NCBI GenBank assembly: GCA_021734245.1 | Contig: JAIPJH010000006.1 | Coordinates: 5,194 to 69,193, forward strand | DNA: 64,000 nucleotides | Direction of reading: 5' to 3' | Source of the DNA: Candidatus Cloacimonadota bacterium | Lineage (GTDB): Bacteria > Cloacimonadota > Cloacimonadia > Cloacimonadales > TCS61 | In this document: positions 38,573-47,029 of the stretch, in pieces | Numbering within the stretch: position 1 is the stretch's first letter | Layout: the number at the start of each line of letters is the position of its first letter | Translations under genes and position numbers: made by a program | The notes under the pieces: generated by a model | Told to the model about the DNA's origin: nothing | Databases searched by the model: none | Seen by the model: only the letters and a program-made list of their open reading frames with translations

Positions 38573-39105
38573 AGATTTACGATTGAAAAAGCTCCCCTTT
38601 GTAAGGGGAGAAGAGAAACGAAGTTTCGAAGTGGGGTTTTAGATTGAAGATTGAAAATTTGAATTCCTTATTTCTCCCTTGTTAAGGGGAGATGCCGACA
38701 GGCAGAGGGGTTATTGATTTACGATTTTAGATTTAAGAATGATAAAGCTCCCCTTTGTAAGGGGAGAAGAGAAACGAAGTTTCGAAGTGGGGTTATAGAT
38801 TTAAGATTTACGATTGAAGATTTACGATTTTAGATTTAAGAATGAAAAGCTCCCCTTTGTAAGGGGAGAAGAGAAACGAAGTTTCGAAGTGGGGTTATAG
38901 ATTTAAGATTTACGATTTACGATTGAAGATTTACGATTTTAGATTTAAGAATGAAAAGCTCCCCTTTAAAGGGGAGAAGAGAAACGAAGTTTCGAAGTGG
39001 GGTTTTAGATTTAAGATTTATTTAATTATCAGATTCCTTATTTCTCCCTTGTTAAGGGGAGATGCCGACAGGCAGAGGGGTTATCTAAGATTGAAGATTT
39101 AATTA
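38567..39105 (+). repeat. Mosaic repeat array: hairpin modules A1-B1-A2-A3-A4-B2 joined by GATTNAN heptamer tracts
   Basis: The A modules (gctcccctttgtaaggggagaagagaaacgaagtttcgaagtggggtt) lie at 38591, 38747, 38849 and 38958. The B modules (ttccttatttctcccttgttaaggggagatgccgacaggcagaggggtt) lie at 38664 and 39034. The linkers are gatttaa/gatttac/gattgaa units. Confidence 0.9.
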
Positions 39106-39121
39106 ATCATCAGGAGGAGTC

Positions 39122-40462
39122 ATGAAAACATTCAAATGCGTAATAAAACGCAGCGGTGCGAAAGTTCCTTTCAAACTGGAAAGAATTGCTAATGCTATTT
39201 ATCGAGCTGCCGTAGCTGTAGGCGGTCGCGACAAAGAAAAGGCACAATTTCTGGCCGAACAGGTTTTGCAAAATCTCCGGAAAAATTTTCCAGCCGATCA
39301 TGATCCTCATATCGAAGAAATTCAGGATTGCGTAGAAAAAACTCTCATCAAAAATGGCAACGCACAAGTAGCAAAAGTTTATATTTTATATAGAAATGAG
39401 AAGAAGCAAAAACGCGATGACAAAGCTCTGAAAGCATCTATTCCCTCTCAAAATATTCCCTGGTCCAAGTTGTGGAAAATCCTGGATTGGACAGTCGATC
39501 ACGATCTGCATACAATTGAAGCAATTAATAAGCATATCAGGAATAAACGCTTTCCCCATGTCATCCACGAATGTGAAGAACTTTATCAGGAAGACATCGG
39601 CATAGCTGCCAAAATGATCGCAGAACGTGGTGATGATTTGAAAATGGTTTTCGTGAGCGGTCCATCATCTTCCGGTAAAACAACGACAACTATCAAACTG
39701 GAAGAAGATCTCAATAAAATTGGTTTGAAATTCAAAGCTTTTGTAGTGGATAATTATTTTTTCGATCTGGCTATGCATCCCAAAGATGAATTTGGCGATT
39801 ATGACTTTGAAACACCGCAGGCTCTGGATATTCCGCTCATCAACGAACATATCAGCAAATTGTGTAACGGCGAAGAAGTGCTGATTCCATTTTATGATTT
39901 CAAAACCGGAACACGTCATTTGGAACGTTCCAAAATGAAACTGAAAAAAGGTGAAATTCTGCTGATTGACAGTCTGCATGGATTATATCCGCCCATGAGT
40001 GAAAGTATTTCTGATAATCAGAAGTTCAAAGTTTATATCGAATCGCTTTTGCAGGTTAAAGATAATGATGGAAAATACATTCGCTGGAGCGACATTCGCA
40101 TGATGCGCCGCATGCTTCGTGATGCCAGCCATCGAGCCTACAAGCCTCAGCAGACTTTGGAACATTGGCATTATGTTCGCGCCAGTGAGATGCGTCACAT
40201 AATTCCCAATCAGACTAGAGCTGATTACATCATTTCCAGCGGAATGCCCTATGAATTGCCACTTTATAAAGCCAGTTTGTTTGCCGAATTTGAAAAATGG
40301 AAAGATGCTTATCGGAACAATCCTGAAAAGGAAGATGCTGATCTGCGAGCTCAAAGAACCTTTAATGTTCTGAAACAATTCGAAGCTGTTGAAGACGATT
40401 CTCCTGTTCCAAAAGATTCGGTTCTGCGTGAATTTATTGGCGGAAGCAAATACGAGTATTGA
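39122..40462 (+). CDS. ATP-cone domain protein fused to a P-loop nucleoside/uridine-kinase-like (PRK family) domain
   Basis: AGGAGG ribosome-binding site. N-terminus VIKRSGAKVPFKLERIANAIYRA (ATP-cone). Walker A VFVSGPSSSGKTTTT. The later segment LIDSLHGL...RRMLRDASHR is typical of the uridine kinase/PRK fold. Confidence 0.65.
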   Translation: MKTFKCVIKRSGAKVPFKLERIANAIYRAAVAVGGRDKEKAQFLAEQVLQNLRKNFPADHDPHIEEIQDCVEKTLIKNGNAQVAKVYILYRNEKKQKRDDKALKASIPSQNIPWSKLWKILDWTVDHDLHTIEAINKHIRNKRFPHVIHECEELYQEDIGIAAKMIAERGDDLKMVFVSGPSSSGKTTTTIKLEEDLNKIGLKFKAFVVDNYFFDLAMHPKDEFGDYDFETPQALDIPLINEHISKLCNGEEVLIPFYDFKTGTRHLERSKMKLKKGEILLIDSLHGLYPPMSESISDNQKFKVYIESLLQVKDNDGKYIRWSDIRMMRRMLRDASHRAYKPQQTLEHWHYVRASEMRHIIPNQTRADYIISSGMPYELPLYKASLFAEFEKWKDAYRNNPEKEDADLRAQRTFNVLKQFEAVEDDSPVPKDSVLREFIGGSKYEY

Positions 40463-40767
40463 AGATTGAAAAAGCTCCCCTTTTAAGGGGAGAAGAGAAA
40501 CGAAGTTTCGAAGTGGGGTTTTAGATTTAAGATTGAAAATTTGAGTTCCTTATTTCTCCCTTGTTAAGGGGAGATGCCGACAGGCAGAGGGGTTATCTAA
40601 GATTGAAGATTTACGATTGAAGATTTACGATTTTAGATTTAAGAATGAAAAGCTCCCCTTTGTAAGGGGAGAAGAGAAACGAAGTTTCGAAGAGGGGTTT
40701 TAGATTTAAGATTGAAAATTTGAGTTCCTTATTTCTCCCTTGTTAAGGGGAGACAGAGTGACGAATC
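40455..40767 (+). repeat. Mosaic repeat array continued: A5-B3-A6-B4
   Basis: A modules at 40474 and 40652. B modules at 40546 and 40725; the last B has a divergent 3-prime half. The TGA stop of the kinase gene (40460-40462) lies inside a heptamer unit, tattgaa gattgaa. Confidence 0.9.
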
Positions 40768-40784
40768 GTTAGTTTTGTTCGTTG

Positions 40785-41513
40785 CTACTTTATCAACAAT
40801 TTCTCAGCTTTTTCCAAATCTTCCGGTGTATCGATGCCGATTCCCTCATATTCCGTTTCGATCATTTTGATGCGAATGCCATTTTCCAGAAGTCTCAGCT
40901 GTTCTAATTTCTCAATCTCTTCCAATTTACTTTTCGGCATATCCACAAATTTAAACAGCATTTCACGCCGGAAAGCATAAACACCTACATGTTTATAATA
41001 TTGTGGAGTCTGATTTTTATCACGATCGAAAGGAATGACAGAACGGGAGAAATAGAAAGCAAAATTAGCTTTATCACAAACGACTTTTACCTTGTTGAGA
41101 TTTTCAATGTCTTTTGAAATTTCGTGCATTAAGGATGCAACCTGCACGTTTTCATTATCGAAAGAAGCGATCAGATTTCGTAATGGCTTGCTAGAAATAA
41201 AAGGTTCGTCACCTTGAATATTCACAACTATATCAGCATCTTTGCAGCATTCCAATTTGAGGCAAACTTCAGCAATTCGGTCAGTTCCGCTCTGATGTTT
41301 TTTACTGGTAAGTGACACTTTCCCGCCAAAACTATCTACTGTTTCATAAATCCGCTGATCATCTGTTCCCACTACAACGCAGTCGAACAATCCGGTTTTT
41401 ACAGCTCTTTCATAAACGTGTTGGATGATAGGTTTATTGCCAAGTTTTGCCAATAATTTTCCGGGAAATCTGTTGGAATCATAACGGGCAGGAATTATTG
41501 CAATCGCTTTCAT
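40785..41513 (-). CDS. kdsB: 3-deoxy-manno-octulosonate cytidylyltransferase
   Basis: MKAIAIIPARYDSNRFPGKLLA...VNIQGDEP...EQLRLLENG motifs, 242 aa. Confidence 0.9.
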   Translation of the reverse strand: MKAIAIIPARYDSNRFPGKLLAKLGNKPIIQHVYERAVKTGLFDCVVVGTDDQRIYETVDSFGGKVSLTSKKHQSGTDRIAEVCLKLECCKDADIVVNIQGDEPFISSKPLRNLIASFDNENVQVASLMHEISKDIENLNKVKVVCDKANFAFYFSRSVIPFDRDKNQTPQYYKHVGVYAFRREMLFKFVDMPKSKLEEIEKLEQLRLLENGIRIKMIETEYEGIGIDTPEDLEKAEKLLIK

Positions 41514-41515
41514 TT

Positions 41516-42301
41516 TTACCTCAAGATCATTTCAAGATATACCTTGTAGCTGCGTAGATTATCTTTTAATTCGGATGTAACATAGCTGCGAGTGACCTGC
41601 ATCTCTTCCAGTTTCAATCTAGTTTCAATAGCGATTTTTTTAGTAATATTTTCATCTTTGCTCAGAAGCTGGGATTGCACATTTTTTTCCAGATATTTTG
41701 CCAGTTCAAAACGTGCTTCTTCAGTTGCTCTCTGCCAGGCAGAAATCAGGTTGGAAGAACTCTCGGAAGCATAACAACGAATTCCATTTTCATCCACTTT
41801 CAGGCCATCATTCTCATACCAATCGGGAAAATTTGCAATGAACTTGGTTGTGCACAAACTGGATAAACTATCACCATTTTCAGCAAAAAGTGCCAGATAA
41901 AATTCGTAATAAAAAGCTTCGTCCAAGAGTTGAAGATTTTCGTAGATTCTTTGTGTTTCTTCCGGTGAAGAACTCACATTCAATTTGAATTCTGCCGAAC
42001 CACCCTGAAGATAATTTTCTTTATCGGTGGAAGCAGCTTTTTCAATCGTGTAAGAAGCTTTATTTCTGCTGTGAACTATCGTTGCCATTTGCTTGGCAGC
42101 ATCTTTCATTTGATCTTCATAGATCGTACGAGATGCAATTCCTATCACACAATCTCTTCCTGCTGGAATTTGGTAAACCCAGGCTGGAAGTGGTTCTTGT
42201 ACTATTTTTTTAACTACTTTTGGTGGCTTCGCTTCCGGCTTTTTGGAAGCGCAACTAACCAACAAAACTGCAATAAAAATCAACAAAATTAATTTTTTCA
42301 T
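41516..42301 (-). CDS. Lipoprotein, LPP20-like
   Basis: Lipobox LLVSCAS. The motif LPAWVYQIP...CVIGIAS resembles the N-terminal domain of the 2219-3421 product. Confidence 0.55.
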   Translation of the reverse strand: MKKLILLIFIAVLLVSCASKKPEAKPPKVVKKIVQEPLPAWVYQIPAGRDCVIGIASRTIYEDQMKDAAKQMATIVHSRNKASYTIEKAASTDKENYLQGGSAEFKLNVSSSPEETQRIYENLQLLDEAFYYEFYLALFAENGDSLSSLCTTKFIANFPDWYENDGLKVDENGIRCYASESSSNLISAWQRATEEARFELAKYLEKNVQSQLLSKDENITKKIAIETRLKLEEMQVTRSYVTSELKDNLRSYKVYLEMILR

Positions 42302-42328
42302 AGTTCCACCTAAATATCAAACTTACTT

Positions 42329-42571
42329 TGTCATCTTGAGGAATCCTGTTGCATTACTTTCCAAAAGATCTCCTGAAATTTCTTTTAGCTTTATTTCTCG
42401 CTTTGTATGTAAAAGAGATTCTTCCAAAGAACATCGTGCATGAAACGTCCAACCTTCGCAAAGCTTCTGCCTTCGTCATTGACTACGGCATGACAAGTCG
42501 GCTTGGCAGGCCCGGTGGAATTGGAAAAGCCAGCAGCAAAGCTGCATTCCACAGGGCAGGCAGAATGACGA
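42329..42571. mobile_element. MITE-like non-autonomous element, copy 2 (about 243 bp)
   Basis: Ends tgtcatcttgag (42329) and cagaatgacg (42561-42570). The right arm ggtggaattggaaaa.ccagcagcaaagctgcattccacagggc.ggcagaatgacg is shared with copy 1. Confidence 0.6.
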
Positions 42572-42576
42572 TTAAA

Positions 42577-44430
42577 TCACTCATCTTTACTCTTCACGAA
42601 CACATTATTTTTCTTTAACCAGACCATTAATGATGTAATGTCGGTATGATTAACTCCCGAAATTCGGGAAGCCTGACCCAGCGAAGTTGGTTTGATCTTA
42701 TTCAATTTTTCACGCGCTTCGTAGGCGATGGAATCGATCTTCATATAATCGATATCGATTGGAATTGGTGAATTCTCCATTTTCTCAAACTTCTCGATCT
42801 CCGCCAATTGCCTATTCAAATAGCCTTCATACTTCACTTCCAACGTCAATTTCGTTTTTATTTCTTCACTCACATCATCAGCGATTTTATAACCAAACCT
42901 TTCTAAATCGTCAAACTCTATTTCCGGTCTTTTTAAAATATTTATCAGTTTTGTCGGCTCGCGCAGCTCTTCCATTTTCTTTGTTTTCTTGTTGGAAAGC
43001 TTCTGCATTTCGCGCTGGAAAATCTCTCTCATTTTACTGAATTTCTGCCAGCGCATATCGCTTACTAAGCCCAATTTATAACCAGTCGGCATCATTCTTT
43101 CATCAGCATTATCCTGACGTAAAAACAAACGATATTCAGCTCGAGAAGTAAAAAGTCGATAAGGTTCTGTTGTTCCCTTTGTTACCAAGTCATCCAGCAG
43201 GACTCCCAGATAGGAACGTGAACGATCAAAGATCATGGGATCTTTTTTATCCAAAGAAAGAACAGCATTTATTCCTGCTGCCAAACCTTGAGCTCCAGCT
43301 TCTTCATAACCCGAAGTTCCATTGATCTGACCAGCTAAATACAATCCGGAAATCTTCTTACTTTCCATGGTAGCCTTTATTTCGTTGGGAATTATGTAAT
43401 CATATTCAATTGCATATCCATAGCGGATGATCGCAGCTTTTTCCAAACCCGGAATGGAGTGTACAATTTGCGTTTGAACTTCCGGCGGCAAGCTGTTGGA
43501 AATGCCATTCACATAAGCTTCAAAAGTGTTTTTTCCTTCCGGCTCGATGAAAACCTGATGATGTTCTTTGTGAGAAAATTTAACTATTTTATCTTCGATG
43601 GAGGGACAATATCGCGGTCCAACTCCGTCGATAAATCCGCCATAAAGCGAAGACCTTTTTAAGTTTGAATTGATTATCTTGTGCGTTTTGGGATTGGTAA
43701 AAGTAAGGTAACAACTCACGGAATTATCCAGTTTGATATCTCGATAAAAGGAAAATCCCTGTGGATCTTTATCACCGGGCTGTTCATCCAATTTGTTGTA
43801 ATCCAAAGTTCGCAGATCCACACGCGGTGGACTTCCTGTTTTAAATCTGGCAATTTCCAATCCCGATTTTATCAGCGATTCTGAAAGTTTGTTCGAAGCA
43901 GGTTCTCCTGCTCTGCCGGCACTATAATGAACTTCTCCTACATGAACCAAACCACGCAGAAAAGTACCGTTTGCCAAGATTACTTTGGGAGCAAAATAGC
44001 TTTCTCCCAGATTAGATTTTACTCCAATTATCTTCTTTTTATCGGAACTCAAGATCAATTCATCGATGATCGATTCTTTGATCTCCAAATTGGATTGCTC
44101 CTCCAAAGTGTGATGCATGAAAATGGAATATTGGGTGCGGTCATTTTGGCAGCGTGGAGCCCAGACAGCTGGACCTTTTTTGCGGTTCAGCATACGAAAC
44201 TGAATTCCGGTGATATCAGCCGCTTTACCGATCTGTCCACCCAAAGCATCAAGTTCCCGTGCTAGATGTCCTTTTGCTGGTCCACCCACGCTCGGGTTAC
44301 AGCTCATTCTGCCGATCGATTCGATCTTGATAACAATAATGAGCGTGTTCGCTCCCATTTTGGCAGCTGCCATCGCTGCTTCAATGCCGGCATGACCTGC
44401 TCCAACCACGATAACATCGTATTTTTTCAT
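42577..44430 (-). CDS. mnmG: tRNA uridine 5-carboxymethylaminomethyl modification enzyme
   Basis: [27 protein letters not shown] and [12 protein letters not shown] motifs. The start is ambiguous among 44430, 44445 and 44454. Confidence 0.9.
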   Translation of the reverse strand: MKKYDVIVVGAGHAGIEAAMAAAKMGANTLIIVIKIESIGRMSCNPSVGGPAKGHLARELDALGGQIGKAADITGIQFRMLNRKKGPAVWAPRCQNDRTQYSIFMHHTLEEQSNLEIKESIIDELILSSDKKKIIGVKSNLGESYFAPKVILANGTFLRGLVHVGEVHYSAGRAGEPASNKLSESLIKSGLEIARFKTGSPPRVDLRTLDYNKLDEQPGDKDPQGFSFYRDIKLDNSVSCYLTFTNPKTHKIINSNLKRSSLYGGFIDGVGPRYCPSIEDKIVKFSHKEHHQVFIEPEGKNTFEAYVNGISNSLPPEVQTQIVHSIPGLEKAAIIRYGYAIEYDYIIPNEIKATMESKKISGLYLAGQINGTSGYEEAGAQGLAAGINAVLSLDKKDPMIFDRSRSYLGVLLDDLVTKGTTEPYRLFTSRAEYRLFLRQDNADERMMPTGYKLGLVSDMRWQKFSKMREIFQREMQKLSNKKTKKMEELREPTKLINILKRPEIEFDDLERFGYKIADDVSEEIKTKLTLEVKYEGYLNRQLAEIEKFEKMENSPIPIDIDYMKIDSIAYEAREKLNKIKPTSLGQASRISGVNHTDITSLMVWLKKNNVFVKSKDE

Positions 44431-44612
44431 ATTTCCAATTTTCATCTTTTCCAAATCAATTGAATGAACTTAGATGTCAAGTTTGATAAATTCGCTTGCA
44501 TCCCACGAAAAATATTTATTTTCAAAAATCAACAAAAAAAACTATAATTTCATTTTTGCCAAGCCCATGAATTTTTAACCTGTGAAATCAATTCAATTTC
44601 ACTGGGTTATTC

Positions 44613-45063
44613 ATGGGAAAAACAAGCAAAACCTTTTATAGTAAACATTTCAATGGTTTGTTATTTGTGCAAACGGTTGAAACCGTTGACCGATATATTT
44701 CTCTTATCAAGATTCTGGCCTTTGTTTTTGCTGGTCACGCCGGTATAATTGAACAATATCCTAATATAAATGTTGAGGAAGAAATTATCCCGAAAGCAGA
44801 TATTACTTTTAATATCTATCCCAAATCCGTTTAATCCCACTGTTACTTTCAAAATTAAAGCAGAAGATTATGACAATCTTCAAATTGAGATTTTTAACGT
44901 AAAAGGGCAAAGGATAAAAACCTTGCCTGTCATCCTGAGCGGAGTAGAAGGGTCTATCACCTGGAACGCCGAAAACCAAGCTTCCGGTGTGTATTTTTGT
45001 AAGCTTGTAAACCTCGAAACCAAGAAGCAGCTTGCTTTGCAGAAAGTAACGTTATTGAAATGA
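44613..45063 (+). pseudogene. Frameshifted remnant of a T9SS-cargo gene (orphan C-terminal sorting domain)
   Basis: Frame 0 reads ..ADITFNIYPKSV*. Removing one A from ccaaat (about 44821-44826) gives NIYPNPFNPTVTF...GVYFCKL. There is no signal peptide in the upstream part, and a MITE-end-like motif cctgtcatcctgagcgg lies within. Confidence 0.5.
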
Positions 45064-45354
45064 AATCCACCTTGAAAAGGTTTCTCTCAATTCAACTTCG
45101 TGCTTAACACTTTCAAGGTTCAATCCAACTCTGAAAGTCTTAACTGGCAGAATTCTCGAATGAAAGCTTTTCAGAGTTTATTCTTTATGAATCTTTGTTT
45201 CTTTCCGGTTGTCCTTAACTCTAATTTCCTTTTGAGTCAATTCCAACTGATCAAGTGATAAGCTCTTCATTTATTAACAGTTTCTTTTTTGATTTGACAA
45301 AGAACCGCTATCCAAAAGTTTAGAACAAGTTATTAATAATATTGGAGTTAATTT

Positions 45355-46878
45355 ATGGCAAAGCAGGCAAGAACTGCAATAACACCGACTCGGGAAGAAA
45401 ATTATCCTGCCTGGTATCAGCAAGTGGTAAAAGCAGCAGATATGGCAGAAAACAGCGATGTTCGCGGATGTATGGTCATCAAGCCCTGGGGTTATGCGAT
45501 CTGGGAAAATATTCAGCGTGAACTGGATGACAAATTTAAAGAGACCGGACATGTAAACGCTTATTTCCCTCTGTTTATTCCCAAAAGTTTTTTTGAAAAA
45601 GAAGCTGAGCACGTGGAAGGTTTTGCCAAAGAATGCGCGGTTGTTACACATTCCCGCCTGGAAGATGACGGCAAAGGCGGCTTGAAACCAGCTGGTCCAC
45701 TCACCGAAGAACTCATCGTGCGACCTACCAGTGAAACAATTATCGGAGCATCTTTCAGTAAATGGGTAAATTCTTATCGCGACTTGCCACTACTTATAAA
45801 TCAATGGGCAAATGTGGTTCGTTGGGAACTGAGAACTCGACTTTTTTTGAGAACCACTGAATTTTTATGGCAGGAAGGTCATACAGTTCATGCTACAAAG
45901 CAGGAAGCGATAGATGAAACAATGATGATACTGAAATTGTATGCAGATTTTGCCCGGGAGTTTCTGGCGATGCCCGTTATCGAAGGCGAAAAGACCGAAT
46001 CGGAAAGATTTCCCGGCGCAGAATCTACCTTTACTTTTGAAGCAATGATGCAGGATAAGAAAGCTCTGCAGGCTGGAACTTCTCACTTTCTGGGACAAAA
46101 ATTTGCCAAAGCTTCCGAGATAAAATTTCAAAATGCAGAAGGTTTTGAAGAATTTGCCTGGACTACTTCCTGGGGCGTTACAACCCGATTGATCGGTGCT
46201 CTTGTAATGACTCACAGCGATGATAATGGACTGATCCTTCCTCCCCGCATCACACCAACTCATGTCGTTATCGTTCCTATCTACCGAAATGAAGAAGAAA
46301 AGAAACTGGTGATGGATTTTACCAATAACCTGATCGAAAAAACTAAAGTGCTCCGCTATCATGAAAAGAAAATCCAGATTCATGTGGATGATCGTGATCT
46401 GCGGGGTGGCGAAAAACTGTGGGAATGGATAAAAAAAGGTGTGCCAATTCGTTTGGAAATCGGTCCTCGTGATATTCAAAATAATTCAGTTTTTATGGGA
46501 AGACGAGATAAAGCACCCAAAGACAAAAAGAGTTTAAACGCTGATGATTTTGTAAAAAATATAACTTCCATTCTGGATGAAATGCAGATTAATATCTATC
46601 AGAAAGCTCTGAAATTCCGAAAAGAAAATACTTTTGAGATTGATGATAAAGATGAATTCTATAAATTCTTCACTCCAAAAAATGAAGAAAATCCCGAAAT
46701 TCACGGCGGATTTGCCTACAGCCACTGGTGCGGAAATGCAGCTTGTGAAGAAAAAATCAAAAACGATCTGAAAGTTACTATTCGCTGCATTCCATTAGAT
46801 TCTAAGGAAGAATCTGGTAAATGTTTTTGCTGTGGAAACGATAGCAAAAAGCGTGTGATTTTAGCGAAATCATATTAG
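45355..46878 (+). CDS. proS: Proline--tRNA ligase, archaeal/eukaryote-like type
   Basis: YPAWYQQVVKAADMAENSDVRGCMVIKPWGYAIWE, class II motifs, a C-terminal zinc-binding-like CGNAACEEK...CFCCG, 507 aa with no INS editing domain. Confidence 0.9.
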   Translation: MAKQARTAITPTREENYPAWYQQVVKAADMAENSDVRGCMVIKPWGYAIWENIQRELDDKFKETGHVNAYFPLFIPKSFFEKEAEHVEGFAKECAVVTHSRLEDDGKGGLKPAGPLTEELIVRPTSETIIGASFSKWVNSYRDLPLLINQWANVVRWELRTRLFLRTTEFLWQEGHTVHATKQEAIDETMMILKLYADFAREFLAMPVIEGEKTESERFPGAESTFTFEAMMQDKKALQAGTSHFLGQKFAKASEIKFQNAEGFEEFAWTTSWGVTTRLIGALVMTHSDDNGLILPPRITPTHVVIVPIYRNEEEKKLVMDFTNNLIEKTKVLRYHEKKIQIHVDDRDLRGGEKLWEWIKKGVPIRLEIGPRDIQNNSVFMGRRDKAPKDKKSLNADDFVKNITSILDEMQINIYQKALKFRKENTFEIDDKDEFYKFFTPKNEENPEIHGGFAYSHWCGNAACEEKIKNDLKVTIRCIPLDSKEESGKCFCCGNDSKKRVILAKSY

Positions 46879-46948
46879 GTCAACTTCCGAATGTTACAGA
46901 AATCCTGTATCTTCGGAATGTTTGATATAAATTTATGAAAACTAAAAT

Positions 46949-47011
46949 AACCCCTCTGTTCTGTTTAGAAGAGCAGAACATCTCCCCTTAACAAGGGAGA
47001 AACTTAAGGAA
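46949..47011 (-). repeat. Module B repeat in reverse orientation with a substituted second hairpin
   Basis: aacccctctgttctgtttagaagagcagaacatctccccttaacaagggagaaacttaaggaa. The ends match the reverse complement of module B, and the internal hairpin gttctg..cagaac replaces gcc..ggc. Confidence 0.8.
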
Positions 47012-47029
47012 AAAGGATTTTAATATAAA

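Noticed and set aside
38591-39082. A possible CRISPR array, given regularly spaced repeats of about 48 bp with a period of about 100 bp.
   Set aside because: The sequences between repeats are not unique spacers. They are the same GATTNAN heptamer microsatellite each time. Two different repeat types alternate, the repeats are longer than typical CRISPR repeats, the same modules are dispersed singly across the window, and no cas genes are present.
45064-45354. A possible T-box leader upstream of proS; two hairpins with roughly 30-nt loops lie at about 45070-45118 and 45130-45176.
   Set aside because: No T-box consensus, specifier-loop context or terminator/antiterminator pair could be identified. 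The hairpins may be ordinary structured spacer.
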